DNA of 64,000 nucleotides from an uncultured virus (IMG/VR IMGVR_UViG_3300025853_007458) (taxonomy: Duplodnaviria; Heunggongvirae; Uroviricota; Caudoviricetes), in IMG/VR virus record IMGVR_UViG_3300025853_007458, one strand, 5' to 3'. Positions within the stretch are counted from its first letter, which is position 1. The number at the start of each line of letters is the position of its first letter. The position numbers were made by a program, and so were the translations under genes. The notes below the pieces were generated by a model, which did not search any database, had not been told where the DNA came from, and worked only from the letters and a program-made list of their open reading frames with translations. This document shows positions 55,401 through 64,000 of this stretch, in pieces.

Positions 55401-57788
55401 ATGGCAACAATAATCAAAATTAAACGAACCACTGGTGCTAATGCACCCAGCGGCCTTAACCAAGGGGAACTAGCTTATGTCTATGATACTTCAGCAACCG
55501 ATAGTGGTGCTGGTGGTAACGGTTATAGGTTATTCATTGGTGATCCAACATCTTCATCTAATTCAGCAATTGAAATTGGTGGAAGATATTACACACAACT
55601 TTTAGACCACACACCAGGAACGCTAACTGCGTCTTCTGGTTTAATAGTAGATTCTAATAAAGCAATTGATGAATTGTTTATTGGTAATAATGCTACTACA
55701 GGTGGTACAATAAAATTAAACGAAGGTACTAATAACGGTGCAAACTTTGTAGCTCTTAAATCTCCCAACTCATTAGCTGCAGACGTTACTTATACTCTTC
55801 CAGGTACTTACTCAAACGGTCAATTTTTAACAGTTGATGGTTCTGGTAATTTAAGTTTTGCTGCTATTCCATCAGGTTCATTTACACTTGCTGGTGATAG
55901 TGGTACTGACACATTTACTACTGGTCAAACTTTAACGTTTACTGGTGACACAGGAATTACTACATCTATTACAGATAATGAAATAACAATAGATTTAGAT
56001 GACACTGCTGTAACTCCAGGTAGTTATGGTTCTTCAACTGCAATTCCAACATTTACTGTTGATCAACAAGGTCGTTTAACAGCGGCTGGTACGGCTACAA
56101 TATCAACAACTTTAGATATTGCTGCTGATAGTGGTACAGACGATGGTGTTGCGTTAGGTTCAGACACATTAACATTTACTGGTGGTACAAACATTGATAC
56201 TTCAGTTTCAGGTGATACAATTACAATTAGTACACACGCTGACGTACTAACAGCTTCATCAACACATACTTTAACAAATAAAACATTTGACGCAAATGGA
56301 ACTGGTAACTCTATATCTAATATAGAAGTTGCTGATTTTGCTTCAGGTGTTGTTGATACAGATTTAAGTTCTGTTTCTGCAAGTGATAATACACTTGCTT
56401 CTGCTAAAGCAATTAAAGCTTATGTTGACTCACAAGTTACAGCACAAGATTTAGATGTAACAACAGATTCAGGAACAATTGCTATTGATTTAGATAGTGA
56501 AACATTATCTGTTTCTGGTGGTACTGGTATTGATACGTCTGCTACAGGTAATGCAATTACAGTAGCTATAGACAGTACTGTTGCTACATTAACAGGAAAT
56601 CAAACTTTACAAAACAAAATAATTGATAGTGCAAACAACACTTTAACATTAGATTTATCTGAAGGTACTTTAACTGGTACAATTGCTGAATTTAATAGTG
56701 CGTTAAGTGATGGTTCTTTTGCTACATTAGCAGGAACAGAAACACTATCAAATAAAACACTTACAGCACCTAAATTTGCTGACGCTGGTTATCTTGCTGA
56801 CGCAAATGGTAATGAGTTAATTCTATTAAGAACAACTGCAAGTGCTGTTAATGAATTACAAGTTACTAACGCTGCTACTGGTGATGGTGTAGAGATTGCT
56901 ACAACTGGTGGTGATACTAATATTGATTTAGTATTAAATCCAAAAGGTTCTGGTACTGTTGATGTTAATTCAAGTAGAATTACAAACGTTACTGATCCTT
57001 CAAGTGACCAAGACGCTGCTACAAAAGCATATGTTGATAGTGTTGCAAACGGATTAGATGTAAAAGAAAGTGTTAAAGTTGCTACAACAGCAAATTTATC
57101 TGCTACATATGATAATGGTGCAGGAACATTAACAGCTGGTTCAAATGGTGCAATATCAATTGACGGTGTTACTTTAAGTCAAGGTGACAGATTATTAGTT
57201 AAAGATCAATCAACAGATACTCAAAACGGTATCTATACTGTAACAACTGTTGGAGATGGTTCAACTGCATATGTATTATCAAGAGCTCCTGATGCTGACA
57301 CAGCTTCAGAATTAACTGGTGGTACTTTTTTCTTTGTTGAACAAGGTTCTACAAATGCTGATAATGGTTATGTTGCTACACATAACGGTACACCAACATT
57401 TGGTTCTACAAGTATTACATTTGCTCAATTCTCTGGTGCTGGTCAAATAAGTGCTGGTGATGCTTTAACAAAAACTGGTAATCAATTAGATGTTGCTGTT
57501 GACGACACTACAATTGAAATATCATCTGACGCATTACAAATTAAATCAACTTATACTGGTCAAACATCAATCACAACATTAGGAACTATCAATCAAGGTA
57601 CTTGGAATGGTACAGTTATTGACGAAGTATATGGTGGTACAGGACAATCTTCTTACACTACTGGTGATATTTTATATGCAAGTGGATCAAACACACTTGC
57701 TAAATTAACACTTGGTGCAAGTGGTAAAATTTTACAATCAGACGGTAGTAATATTGCGTACGGCGACCTAGACGGCGGAACTTACTAA
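55401..57788 (+). CDS. Tail fibre-like protein
   Basis: 'IKIKR..GANAPSGLNQGELAY' attachment motif, TLTNKT repeats, 'DAATKAYVD', C-terminal 'DGGTY'. Confidence 0.8.
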   Translation: MATIIKIKRTTGANAPSGLNQGELAYVYDTSATDSGAGGNGYRLFIGDPTSSSNSAIEIGGRYYTQLLDHTPGTLTASSGLIVDSNKAIDELFIGNNATTGGTIKLNEGTNNGANFVALKSPNSLAADVTYTLPGTYSNGQFLTVDGSGNLSFAAIPSGSFTLAGDSGTDTFTTGQTLTFTGDTGITTSITDNEITIDLDDTAVTPGSYGSSTAIPTFTVDQQGRLTAAGTATISTTLDIAADSGTDDGVALGSDTLTFTGGTNIDTSVSGDTITISTHADVLTASSTHTLTNKTFDANGTGNSISNIEVADFASGVVDTDLSSVSASDNTLASAKAIKAYVDSQVTAQDLDVTTDSGTIAIDLDSETLSVSGGTGIDTSATGNAITVAIDSTVATLTGNQTLQNKIIDSANNTLTLDLSEGTLTGTIAEFNSALSDGSFATLAGTETLSNKTLTAPKFADAGYLADANGNELILLRTTASAVNELQVTNAATGDGVEIATTGGDTNIDLVLNPKGSGTVDVNSSRITNVTDPSSDQDAATKAYVDSVANGLDVKESVKVATTANLSATYDNGAGTLTAGSNGAISIDGVTLSQGDRLLVKDQSTDTQNGIYTVTTVGDGSTAYVLSRAPDADTASELTGGTFFFVEQGSTNADNGYVATHNGTPTFGSTSITFAQFSGAGQISAGDALTKTGNQLDVAVDDTTIEISSDALQIKSTYTGQTSITTLGTINQGTWNGTVIDEVYGGTGQSSYTTGDILYASGSNTLAKLTLGASGKILQSDGSNIAYGDLDGGTY

Positions 57789-57809
57789 TCGTTTATATAA
57801 GAGAGATAT

Positions 57810-58268
57810 ATGGCGACAGTTATTAAGTTAAAAAGAGGTACTGGCACTCCAACTATAAGTGATCTTGTAAGTGGAGAGGTAGCAATTGATACATCATCTC
57901 AAAAGTTTTATATCAATGACGCTGGTGTTATAAAAGAAATAGGTGGTGCGGCTGCTGCTGGTAATGGTGCATTAGTTGATTTAACCGATACAAATTTTAC
58001 AACTCAACTACCTAGTCAAATTTTAAATTATAATGGTACTGAATGGAAAAATGATTTTCAACATAATGTTGGTAAAAGAGTACCCTTTACAAAAACAGAT
58101 GGTACAGAAACCACTCTTGCTCTTGTAAATAATAAAGATATGACTACAGTTAATGGATTTTTAGATCACGTTGTTGTGCAATCATATTATTTACCGTTTA
58201 CAACTGCAAATGGAACATCAATACAAACAATTAGACCAGGCCATATGCCAACAATGGAAGGAATATAA
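57810..58268 (+). CDS. Short fibre-type structural protein
   Basis: 'VIKLKRGTGTP...LVSGEVAID', the same N-terminal motif family as 55401. Confidence 0.7.
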   Translation: MATVIKLKRGTGTPTISDLVSGEVAIDTSSQKFYINDAGVIKEIGGAAAAGNGALVDLTDTNFTTQLPSQILNYNGTEWKNDFQHNVGKRVPFTKTDGTETTLALVNNKDMTTVNGFLDHVVVQSYYLPFTTANGTSIQTIRPGHMPTMEGI

Positions 58269-58273
58269 GATAA

Positions 58274-61200
58274 ATGAGTTCTAAAACACCAATACGAGCA
58301 ACGTTTAATGGATCTGAAGTATCAGGTCTTGCCGAATATCAATCAGGTGAATTTATTGATCTATCACACGGAGGTCTTGGTGCCTCTTTATCTATTGGTA
58401 CCACAGGTCAGGTTTTAAAAGTCAACTCTGCTGGTACAGCTTTAGAATTTGGTAACGTTGAAGCGATTGTAAACATTGATAACGCTATTGATTTAACAAG
58501 TTCAACACTTGCGGCTAGTGATCAAATTTTATTATCAGATGGTGGAACTGAAGGTAGAGTTACATTATCACAATTAGATACTTTATTTTCTGGCACTACA
58601 CAAACTCTAACAAACAAAACTTTAACCGACCCTATTATTTCAAATACAATTATATTTGAAGGTTCTACAGTTAATGATTATGAAACAACTTTACAAGTTA
58701 CAGACCCTACTGCTGATAGAACAATTACTTTTCAAAATGCTAGTGGTACAGTTGCTTTCTTATCAGACGTATCTGGTGGTGGTCAACCTGGTGCATTTAC
58801 AACATTAACACTTGATAACAACATTGTTTTTGAAGGTGCTACAGCTGATGAATATGAATTAACTTTATCTGTCGCTGATCCAACAGCAGATAGAACAGTT
58901 ACCATACCTGACGCCACAGGCACAATAGTATTAAAAGATACTACAGATACTTTAACTAATAAGTCAATCAGTTTAACAAACAATACATTAACAGGCACAT
59001 TAGCAGAATTTAATTCTGCTTTATCAGATGGTTCTTTTGCTTCATTAGCAGGAACAGAAACACTTACAAATAAAACTATTGATAGTGCTAATAACACAAT
59101 TACTTTAGATTTATCTGAAGGCACTTTAACTGGTACTTTATCAGAATTTAATTCTGCTTTATCAGATGGTTCTTTTGCTTCATTAGCAGGAACAGAAACG
59201 TTAACTAATAAATCTATAAGTTTAACAAATAATACTGTAACAGGTACTCTTGCTGAATTTAATAGTGCTTTAAGTGATGGTTCTTTTGCTACATTAGCAG
59301 GAACAGAAACACTTACCAATAAAACTATTAACACTGCTAATAACACAATTACAATTGTCGAGGCAGACATATCTGATTTACAATCTTACATACTCGCTGA
59401 CAGTACTGATACGTTATCAAATAAAACAATTGATAGTGCTTCTAATACAATTACGTTGGATTTATCTGAAGGTACTTTAACTGGTACAATTGCTGAATTT
59501 AATAGTGCGTTAAGTGATGGTTCTTTTGCTACATTAGCAGGTACTGAAGCTCTTACAAATAAAACTATTAGTGGTTCAAGTAACACACTAACTAACGTTG
59601 CTAATGCGTCTTTAATTAATTCAACAATTACACTTGCTGGAGACTCAGGTTCACAAGCAATAGACTTAGGTGACACTTTAACAATTCAAGGTACATCAAA
59701 CGAAATAGAAACATCACAATCAGGCGATACATTAACTATTGGTTTACCAAGTGATGTAACTATCGGACAAGATTTAAGCGTAAGTAGAAATTTAACAGTT
59801 ACAGGAAACTTAACTGTAAATGGAACTACTACAACAGTTAATACAACAAACACAACTGTTTCAGATTCAATATTAGAATTAGCAACAGGTACAACAGGAA
59901 CACCTGCTAATGACGCTGGTATCGTAATTGAAAGAGGAGATAGTAACAACGCATTTATCGGATTTGATGAAAGTGCTGACAAATTTATTGTTGGTACTGG
60001 TACGTTTACTGGTGCAACATCTGGTGATTTAACAATTACAACTGGTACATTAGTTGCAAATTTAGAAGCTACAACTGCTACACTAGGCGGTAGTGATATT
60101 CTATCAACTGATAACACTAAAACTTTATCAAATAAAACTATTAATCTTTCAAACAATACTTTAACAGGTACAGCTGCAGAATTTAATAGTGCATTGAGTG
60201 ATGGAACATTTGTTGAAATTGACGCTTCACAAACATTAACAAACAAAACTTTAACTACTCCTGTTATTTCATCTATTTCAAATACAGGAACATTAACACT
60301 TCCTACAAGTTCAGATACATTAGTCGGAAGAGCTACAACAGACACACTAACTAATAAAACAATTAGTGGTTCAAGTAACACTTTATCTAATATTGATAAC
60401 TCATCTTTAAGTAATTCTACAATTACTATTCAAGGAAGTGATTCAAGTTCAGACGCTGTTGCTCTAGGAGAAACATTAATAATTGCAAACGGTGAAGGTA
60501 TTACTACAGAAATTGCTTCAAATACTTTAACAATTACTGGAGAAGACGCTACAGATACAAACAAAGGTTTGGCTTCATTTAATGCTACAGACTTTTCAGT
60601 ATCTTCAGGAAATGTTACTTTACAAACAGAAAGAATACAAGATATTGCTGGTGCAATGTTCAGTTCAAATACTGAAACATTAATTACAGCAACTTACCAA
60701 GATGTTGACGGCACAATAGATTTAGTTGTAGATAGTAATTTAGCAAACTATGATAACTCATCTTCTGGTTTCATAACAGCTTCATCTACATCAACGTTAA
60801 CAAATAAAACTTTTGACGCAAACGGTACAGGTAACTCAATTTCAAATATTGAAGTTGCTGATTTAGCGTCTGGTGTTTTAGATACAACTTTTTCAAGTGT
60901 ATCTGTAAGTGATAACACACTTGCTTCAGCAAAAGCAATTAAGGCTTATGTTGACGCTCAAGTAACTGCTAGTTCATTGGAAATTGCTGGTGATAGTGGT
61001 ACTGGTTCAATAGATTTAGACACAGAAACTTTTTCAGTTTTAGGTGGTACAGGATTAACAAGTGCAAGTAGTGGAAATGCTATTACACTTAATATAGACA
61101 ATGGCGGAGTTGATACTACACAACTAGCAGACGCTGCTGTTGAAACAGCTAAAATAGATAACCTTGCTGTAACTACTGCTAAAATAAATGATTTGGCTGT

Positions 61201-64000
61201 AACTAATGCTAAATTAGCTGCTGACTCAGTTGATGGAACAAAAATTGCTGATGACAGTATAAATTCAGAGCATTATGTAGATGGTTCAATTGATACTCAA
61301 CACATTGGTGACGACCAAGTTACAACAGCTAAAATTGCTGACTTAAATGTAACTGAAGGTAAAATTGCAAACAATGCTGTTACTGTTGCTAAATTGGCAA
61401 CTACTTTAGATTTATCATCTAACACAGTAACATTACCAAGTTCATTTGTAACTACAACAGGCACACAAACACTTACAAATAAAACAATAAGTGGTGCTTC
61501 AAATACTTTAACTAGTATTGGCAATGCGTCTTTAACTAATTCTACAATTACACTTACAGGTGATAGTGGTACAAATGCTATAGATTTAGGTGATACAATT
61601 ACAGTTTCAGGAACTGCAAACGAAATAGAAACAAGTGTATCTGGTGATACTTTAACAATTGGTTTACCAGATGATGTTACAATTGGAAATAATTTATCTG
61701 TAACAGGTAACACTACAATTACAGGAAACTTAACAGTTAATGGTACTACAACTACAGTTAACTCAACAGCAGTTAATATTCAAAACGCATTTACATTTGA
61801 AGGTGCTAGTGCTGACGCATACGAAACAACTTTAACAGTTGTCGATCCTACTGCTGATCGTACAATAAGTTTACCAAACGCTTCTGGTACAATTGTATTA
61901 AGAGATACGACAGATACATTAACTAACAAAACTATAAGTGGTGCTTCAAATACTTTAACAAATATTGGAAACAGTTCATTAACAAATAGTAAGATAACAA
62001 TTTCTGATGGATCAAATACACAAGATTTAGATTTAGGTAATACATTAACTATTACTTCAGGTGAAGGAATTGACGCTGTTGTATCTGCAACAGACACTTT
62101 AACAATTTCTGCTGAAGAAGCTACTTCATCTAATAAAGGGGTTGCTTCATTTAACGCTACAGACTTTACAGTAACTTCTGGTGCTGTAACTCTAAACGCT
62201 GAAAGAGTACAAGACATTGCTGGTGCAATGTTTAGTAGTAACACAGAAACACTTATTACTGCTACATACCAAGACGCTGATGGAACAATTGATTTAGTTG
62301 TTGATAATGATTTATCAAATTACGACAATACTACATCTGCCTTTATAACTGCTTCAAGTTCAGACACTTTAACAAACAAAACATTTGACGCAAATGGAAC
62401 TGGTAACTCAATTACAAATATTGAAGTTGCAGACTTTGCTGCTGGTGTTTTAGATACCGATTTAGCATCTACATCTGCTTCACATAACACTTTAGTATCT
62501 GCTAAAGCTGTTAAAGATTATGTTGACGCTCAAGTAACTGCTAGTGACCTAGACTTTCAAGCAGATACAGGCGGTTCTTTATCTATTGATTTAGATAGTG
62601 AAACTTTATCGTTTACAGGTGGAACTGGTATTGATACAGTTGGTTCAGGAAATAATGTAACATTTAATATAGACTCAACTGTTGCGACATTAACAGGAAC
62701 ACAAACTTTAACTAATAAAACTTTAACTTCTCCTGTTATTTCTACAATTTCAAATACAGGAACTGTTACTTTACCAACATCTACAGACACATTAGTTGGT
62801 AGAAATACTACTGATACGTTAACAAATAAAACTATTGATACTGCTAACAACACAATTACTGTTGTTGAGGCAGACATATCTGATTTACAATCTTATATAC
62901 TTGCTGATAGTACTGATACTTTACAAAACAAAACAATTAATTTATCAGATAATACTTTAACAGGTACAACAGCACAATTTAATAGTGCTTTATCAGATGG
63001 CTCATTTGCTACATTGGCTGGTACTGAAACATTAACAGGTAAAACAATTAATACTGCAAGTAACACAATTACTGTTGTTGAAGCTGATATTTCAGATTTA
63101 CAATCGTACATTTTAGCGGACTCTGCTGATACTTTAGAAAACAAAACTATTGCTTTAGGAAGTAATACAATCTCTGGTTCACTTGCTGAATTTAATAGTG
63201 CATTATCAGATGGTTCTTTTGCTTCATTAGCAGGAACAGAAACATTAACAAATAAAACTTTAACAAGTCCAGTAATTGCTACAATTACAAATGTAGGAAC
63301 ATTAACACTACCTACGTCAACTGATACACTAGTTGGTAGAGCTACTACTGATACATTAACTAACAAATCTATTAGTTTAACAAATAATACTGTAACAGGT
63401 ACTCTTGCTGAATTTAATACTGCTGTATCAGACGCTACATTAGTTTCTACAACAGGTACAGAAACACTAACTAATAAAACTATTAATAGTGCAAATAACA
63501 CAATTACAATTACCGAATCTGATATTTCTGATTTAGGTGCGTATATTACAGCTTCATCTACAGATACTTTAACAAATAAAACTATTAACGCTTCACAATT
63601 AGTAGATAGTTCAGTTTCAAATGCTAAATTAGCAAACTCTACAGTATCATATGGTGGTATTCAATTATCATTAGGTGGATCAGACGCAACACCAGCTTTT
63701 GATTTATCAGACGCAACAAATTATCCTACAAGTTCACTAGTTGGTACAATCACAAATGCTCAGTTAGCTGGTTCTATCAGTAATGATAAACTTGCAAACT
63801 CATCTATAACTGTTACAGATGGAACTACATCAACTGCTACTTCATTAGGTGGAACAATTACATTCTCTGGAACTGCAAACGAAGTAGAAGTATCAGAAAG
63901 TTCTGGAACAATAACGGTTGGTTTACCAGATAACGTAACAATAGGAAATAATTTAGTTGTAACAGGTAATTTAACAGTTTCAGGTTCAACAACAACTGTA
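58274..64000 (+). CDS. Giant repetitive tail fibre/adhesin-like protein, 3'-truncated (about 1909 codons in window; absent from ORF track)
   Basis: ATG 58274 ([25 protein letters not shown]...). Thr/Ser-rich repeats continue in this frame to the window edge and no stop was noticed. The minus-strand ORFs in the track are its antisense shadows. Confidence 0.85.
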   Translation, partial: MSSKTPIRATFNGSEVSGLAEYQSGEFIDLSHGGLGASLSIGTTGQVLKVNSAGTALEFGNVEAIVNIDNAIDLTSSTLAASDQILLSDGGTEGRVTLSQLDTLFSGTTQTLTNKTLTDPIISNTIIFEGSTVNDYETTLQVTDPTADRTITFQNASGTVAFLSDVSGGGQPGAFTTLTLDNNIVFEGATADEYELTLSVADPTADRTVTIPDATGTIVLKDTTDTLTNKSISLTNNTLTGTLAEFNSALSDGSFASLAGTETLTNKTIDSANNTITLDLSEGTLTGTLSEFNSALSDGSFASLAGTETLTNKSISLTNNTVTGTLAEFNSALSDGSFATLAGTETLTNKTINTANNTITIVEADISDLQSYILADSTDTLSNKTIDSASNTITLDLSEGTLTGTIAEFNSALSDGSFATLAGTEALTNKTISGSSNTLTNVANASLINSTITLAGDSGSQAIDLGDTLTIQGTSNEIETSQSGDTLTIGLPSDVTIGQDLSVSRNLTVTGNLTVNGTTTTVNTTNTTVSDSILELATGTTGTPANDAGIVIERGDSNNAFIGFDESADKFIVGTGTFTGATSGDLTITTGTLVANLEATTATLGGSDILSTDNTKTLSNKTINLSNNTLTGTAAEFNSALSDGTFVEIDASQTLTNKTLTTPVISSISNTGTLTLPTSSDTLVGRATTDTLTNKTISGSSNTLSNIDNSSLSNSTITIQGSDSSSDAVALGETLIIANGEGITTEIASNTLTITGEDATDTNKGLASFNATDFSVSSGNVTLQTERIQDIAGAMFSSNTETLITATYQDVDGTIDLVVDSNLANYDNSSSGFITASSTSTLTNKTFDANGTGNSISNIEVADLASGVLDTTFSSVSVSDNTLASAKAIKAYVDAQVTASSLEIAGDSGTGSIDLDTETFSVLGGTGLTSASSGNAITLNIDNGGVDTTQLADAAVETAKIDNLAVTTAKINDLAVTNAKLAADSVDGTKIADDSINSEHYVDGSIDTQHIGDDQVTTAKIADLNVTEGKIANNAVTVAKLATTLDLSSNTVTLPSSFVTTTGTQTLTNKTISGASNTLTSIGNASLTNSTITLTGDSGTNAIDLGDTITVSGTANEIETSVSGDTLTIGLPDDVTIGNNLSVTGNTTITGNLTVNGTTTTVNSTAVNIQNAFTFEGASADAYETTLTVVDPTADRTISLPNASGTIVLRDTTDTLTNKTISGASNTLTNIGNSSLTNSKITISDGSNTQDLDLGNTLTITSGEGIDAVVSATDTLTISAEEATSSNKGVASFNATDFTVTSGAVTLNAERVQDIAGAMFSSNTETLITATYQDADGTIDLVVDNDLSNYDNTTSAFITASSSDTLTNKTFDANGTGNSITNIEVADFAAGVLDTDLASTSASHNTLVSAKAVKDYVDAQVTASDLDFQADTGGSLSIDLDSETLSFTGGTGIDTVGSGNNVTFNIDSTVATLTGTQTLTNKTLTSPVISTISNTGTVTLPTSTDTLVGRNTTDTLTNKTIDTANNTITVVEADISDLQSYILADSTDTLQNKTINLSDNTLTGTTAQFNSALSDGSFATLAGTETLTGKTINTASNTITVVEADISDLQSYILADSADTLENKTIALGSNTISGSLAEFNSALSDGSFASLAGTETLTNKTLTSPVIATITNVGTLTLPTSTDTLVGRATTDTLTNKSISLTNNTVTGTLAEFNTAVSDATLVSTTGTETLTNKTINSANNTITITESDISDLGAYITASSTDTLTNKTINASQLVDSSVSNAKLANSTVSYGGIQLSLGGSDATPAFDLSDATNYPTSSLVGTITNAQLAGSISNDKLANSSITVTDGTTSTATSLGGTITFSGTANEVEVSESSGTITVGLPDNVTIGNNLVVTGNLTVSGSTTTV
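58950..63490 (+). repeat. Intragenic repeats of '(L/T)[16 protein letters not shown](T/S)[11 protein letters not shown]' and other fibre modules
   Basis: About eight copies, near 58990, 59130, 59240, 59480, 60165, 62960, 63180 and 63400. Segments 59004-59061 and 59142-59199 are nucleotide-identical. Confidence 0.85.

Noticed and set aside
58950..63490. CRISPR-like array
   Set aside because: The repeats are in-frame coding modules of variable length and spacing, with no repeat-spacer regularity and no cas genes.
58783..63501. Series of minus-strand ORFs of 96-231 aa in the ORF track
   Set aside because: They are antisense shadows of the giant + strand fibre gene: Val/Leu/Ser-rich mirror composition with no independent gene signals.
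55401..64000. Diversity-generating retroelement acting on fibre genes
   Set aside because: No reverse transcriptase in the window, and the repeat pairs are identical or differ at wobble positions rather than specifically at adenines.

Overview
AT-rich segment of a T4-like myovirus genome, probably infecting a marine alphaproteobacterium of the SAR11/Pelagibacter type. The host is inferred from gene content, the PstS type and an alpha-type LexA box, not shown directly. The backbone is the baseplate/tail region: hub protein, gp5, PAAR, gp25, gp6, gp7, gp8, a VrlC-like protein and several Thr/Ser-rich fibres, including a >1900-aa fibre gene (58274 to window end) that the ORF track omits. Two accessory islands interrupt it. 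Island 1 (about 2.4-11.7 kb) holds a small lipoprotein, IscA, sulfotransferase-like, QueC-like, radical SAM/SPASM, nitroreductase, PstS and serine-hydrolase genes. Island 2 (about 28.1-54.4 kb) is a dense tailoring-enzyme cluster. It holds an epimerase, glycosyltransferase-like proteins, methyltransferases, a carbamoyltransferase, a DegT aminotransferase, SGNH-like proteins, four radical SAMs (two cobalamin-dependent), six 2OG-Fe(II) oxygenases, a peroxiredoxin lacking its peroxidatic Cys, a BtuB-like TonB receptor, TctA/TctC-like transporter subunits and an ATP-grasp ligase. The most notable observation is that this island is arranged as divergent operons reading out from back-to-back T4 late promoter boxes (TATAAATA). 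This suggests a late-expressed, cofactor-importing modification system, possibly for virion proteins. All product calls come from motifs read by eye, not database searches. No tRNA, rRNA, CRISPR or mobile element was recognised.
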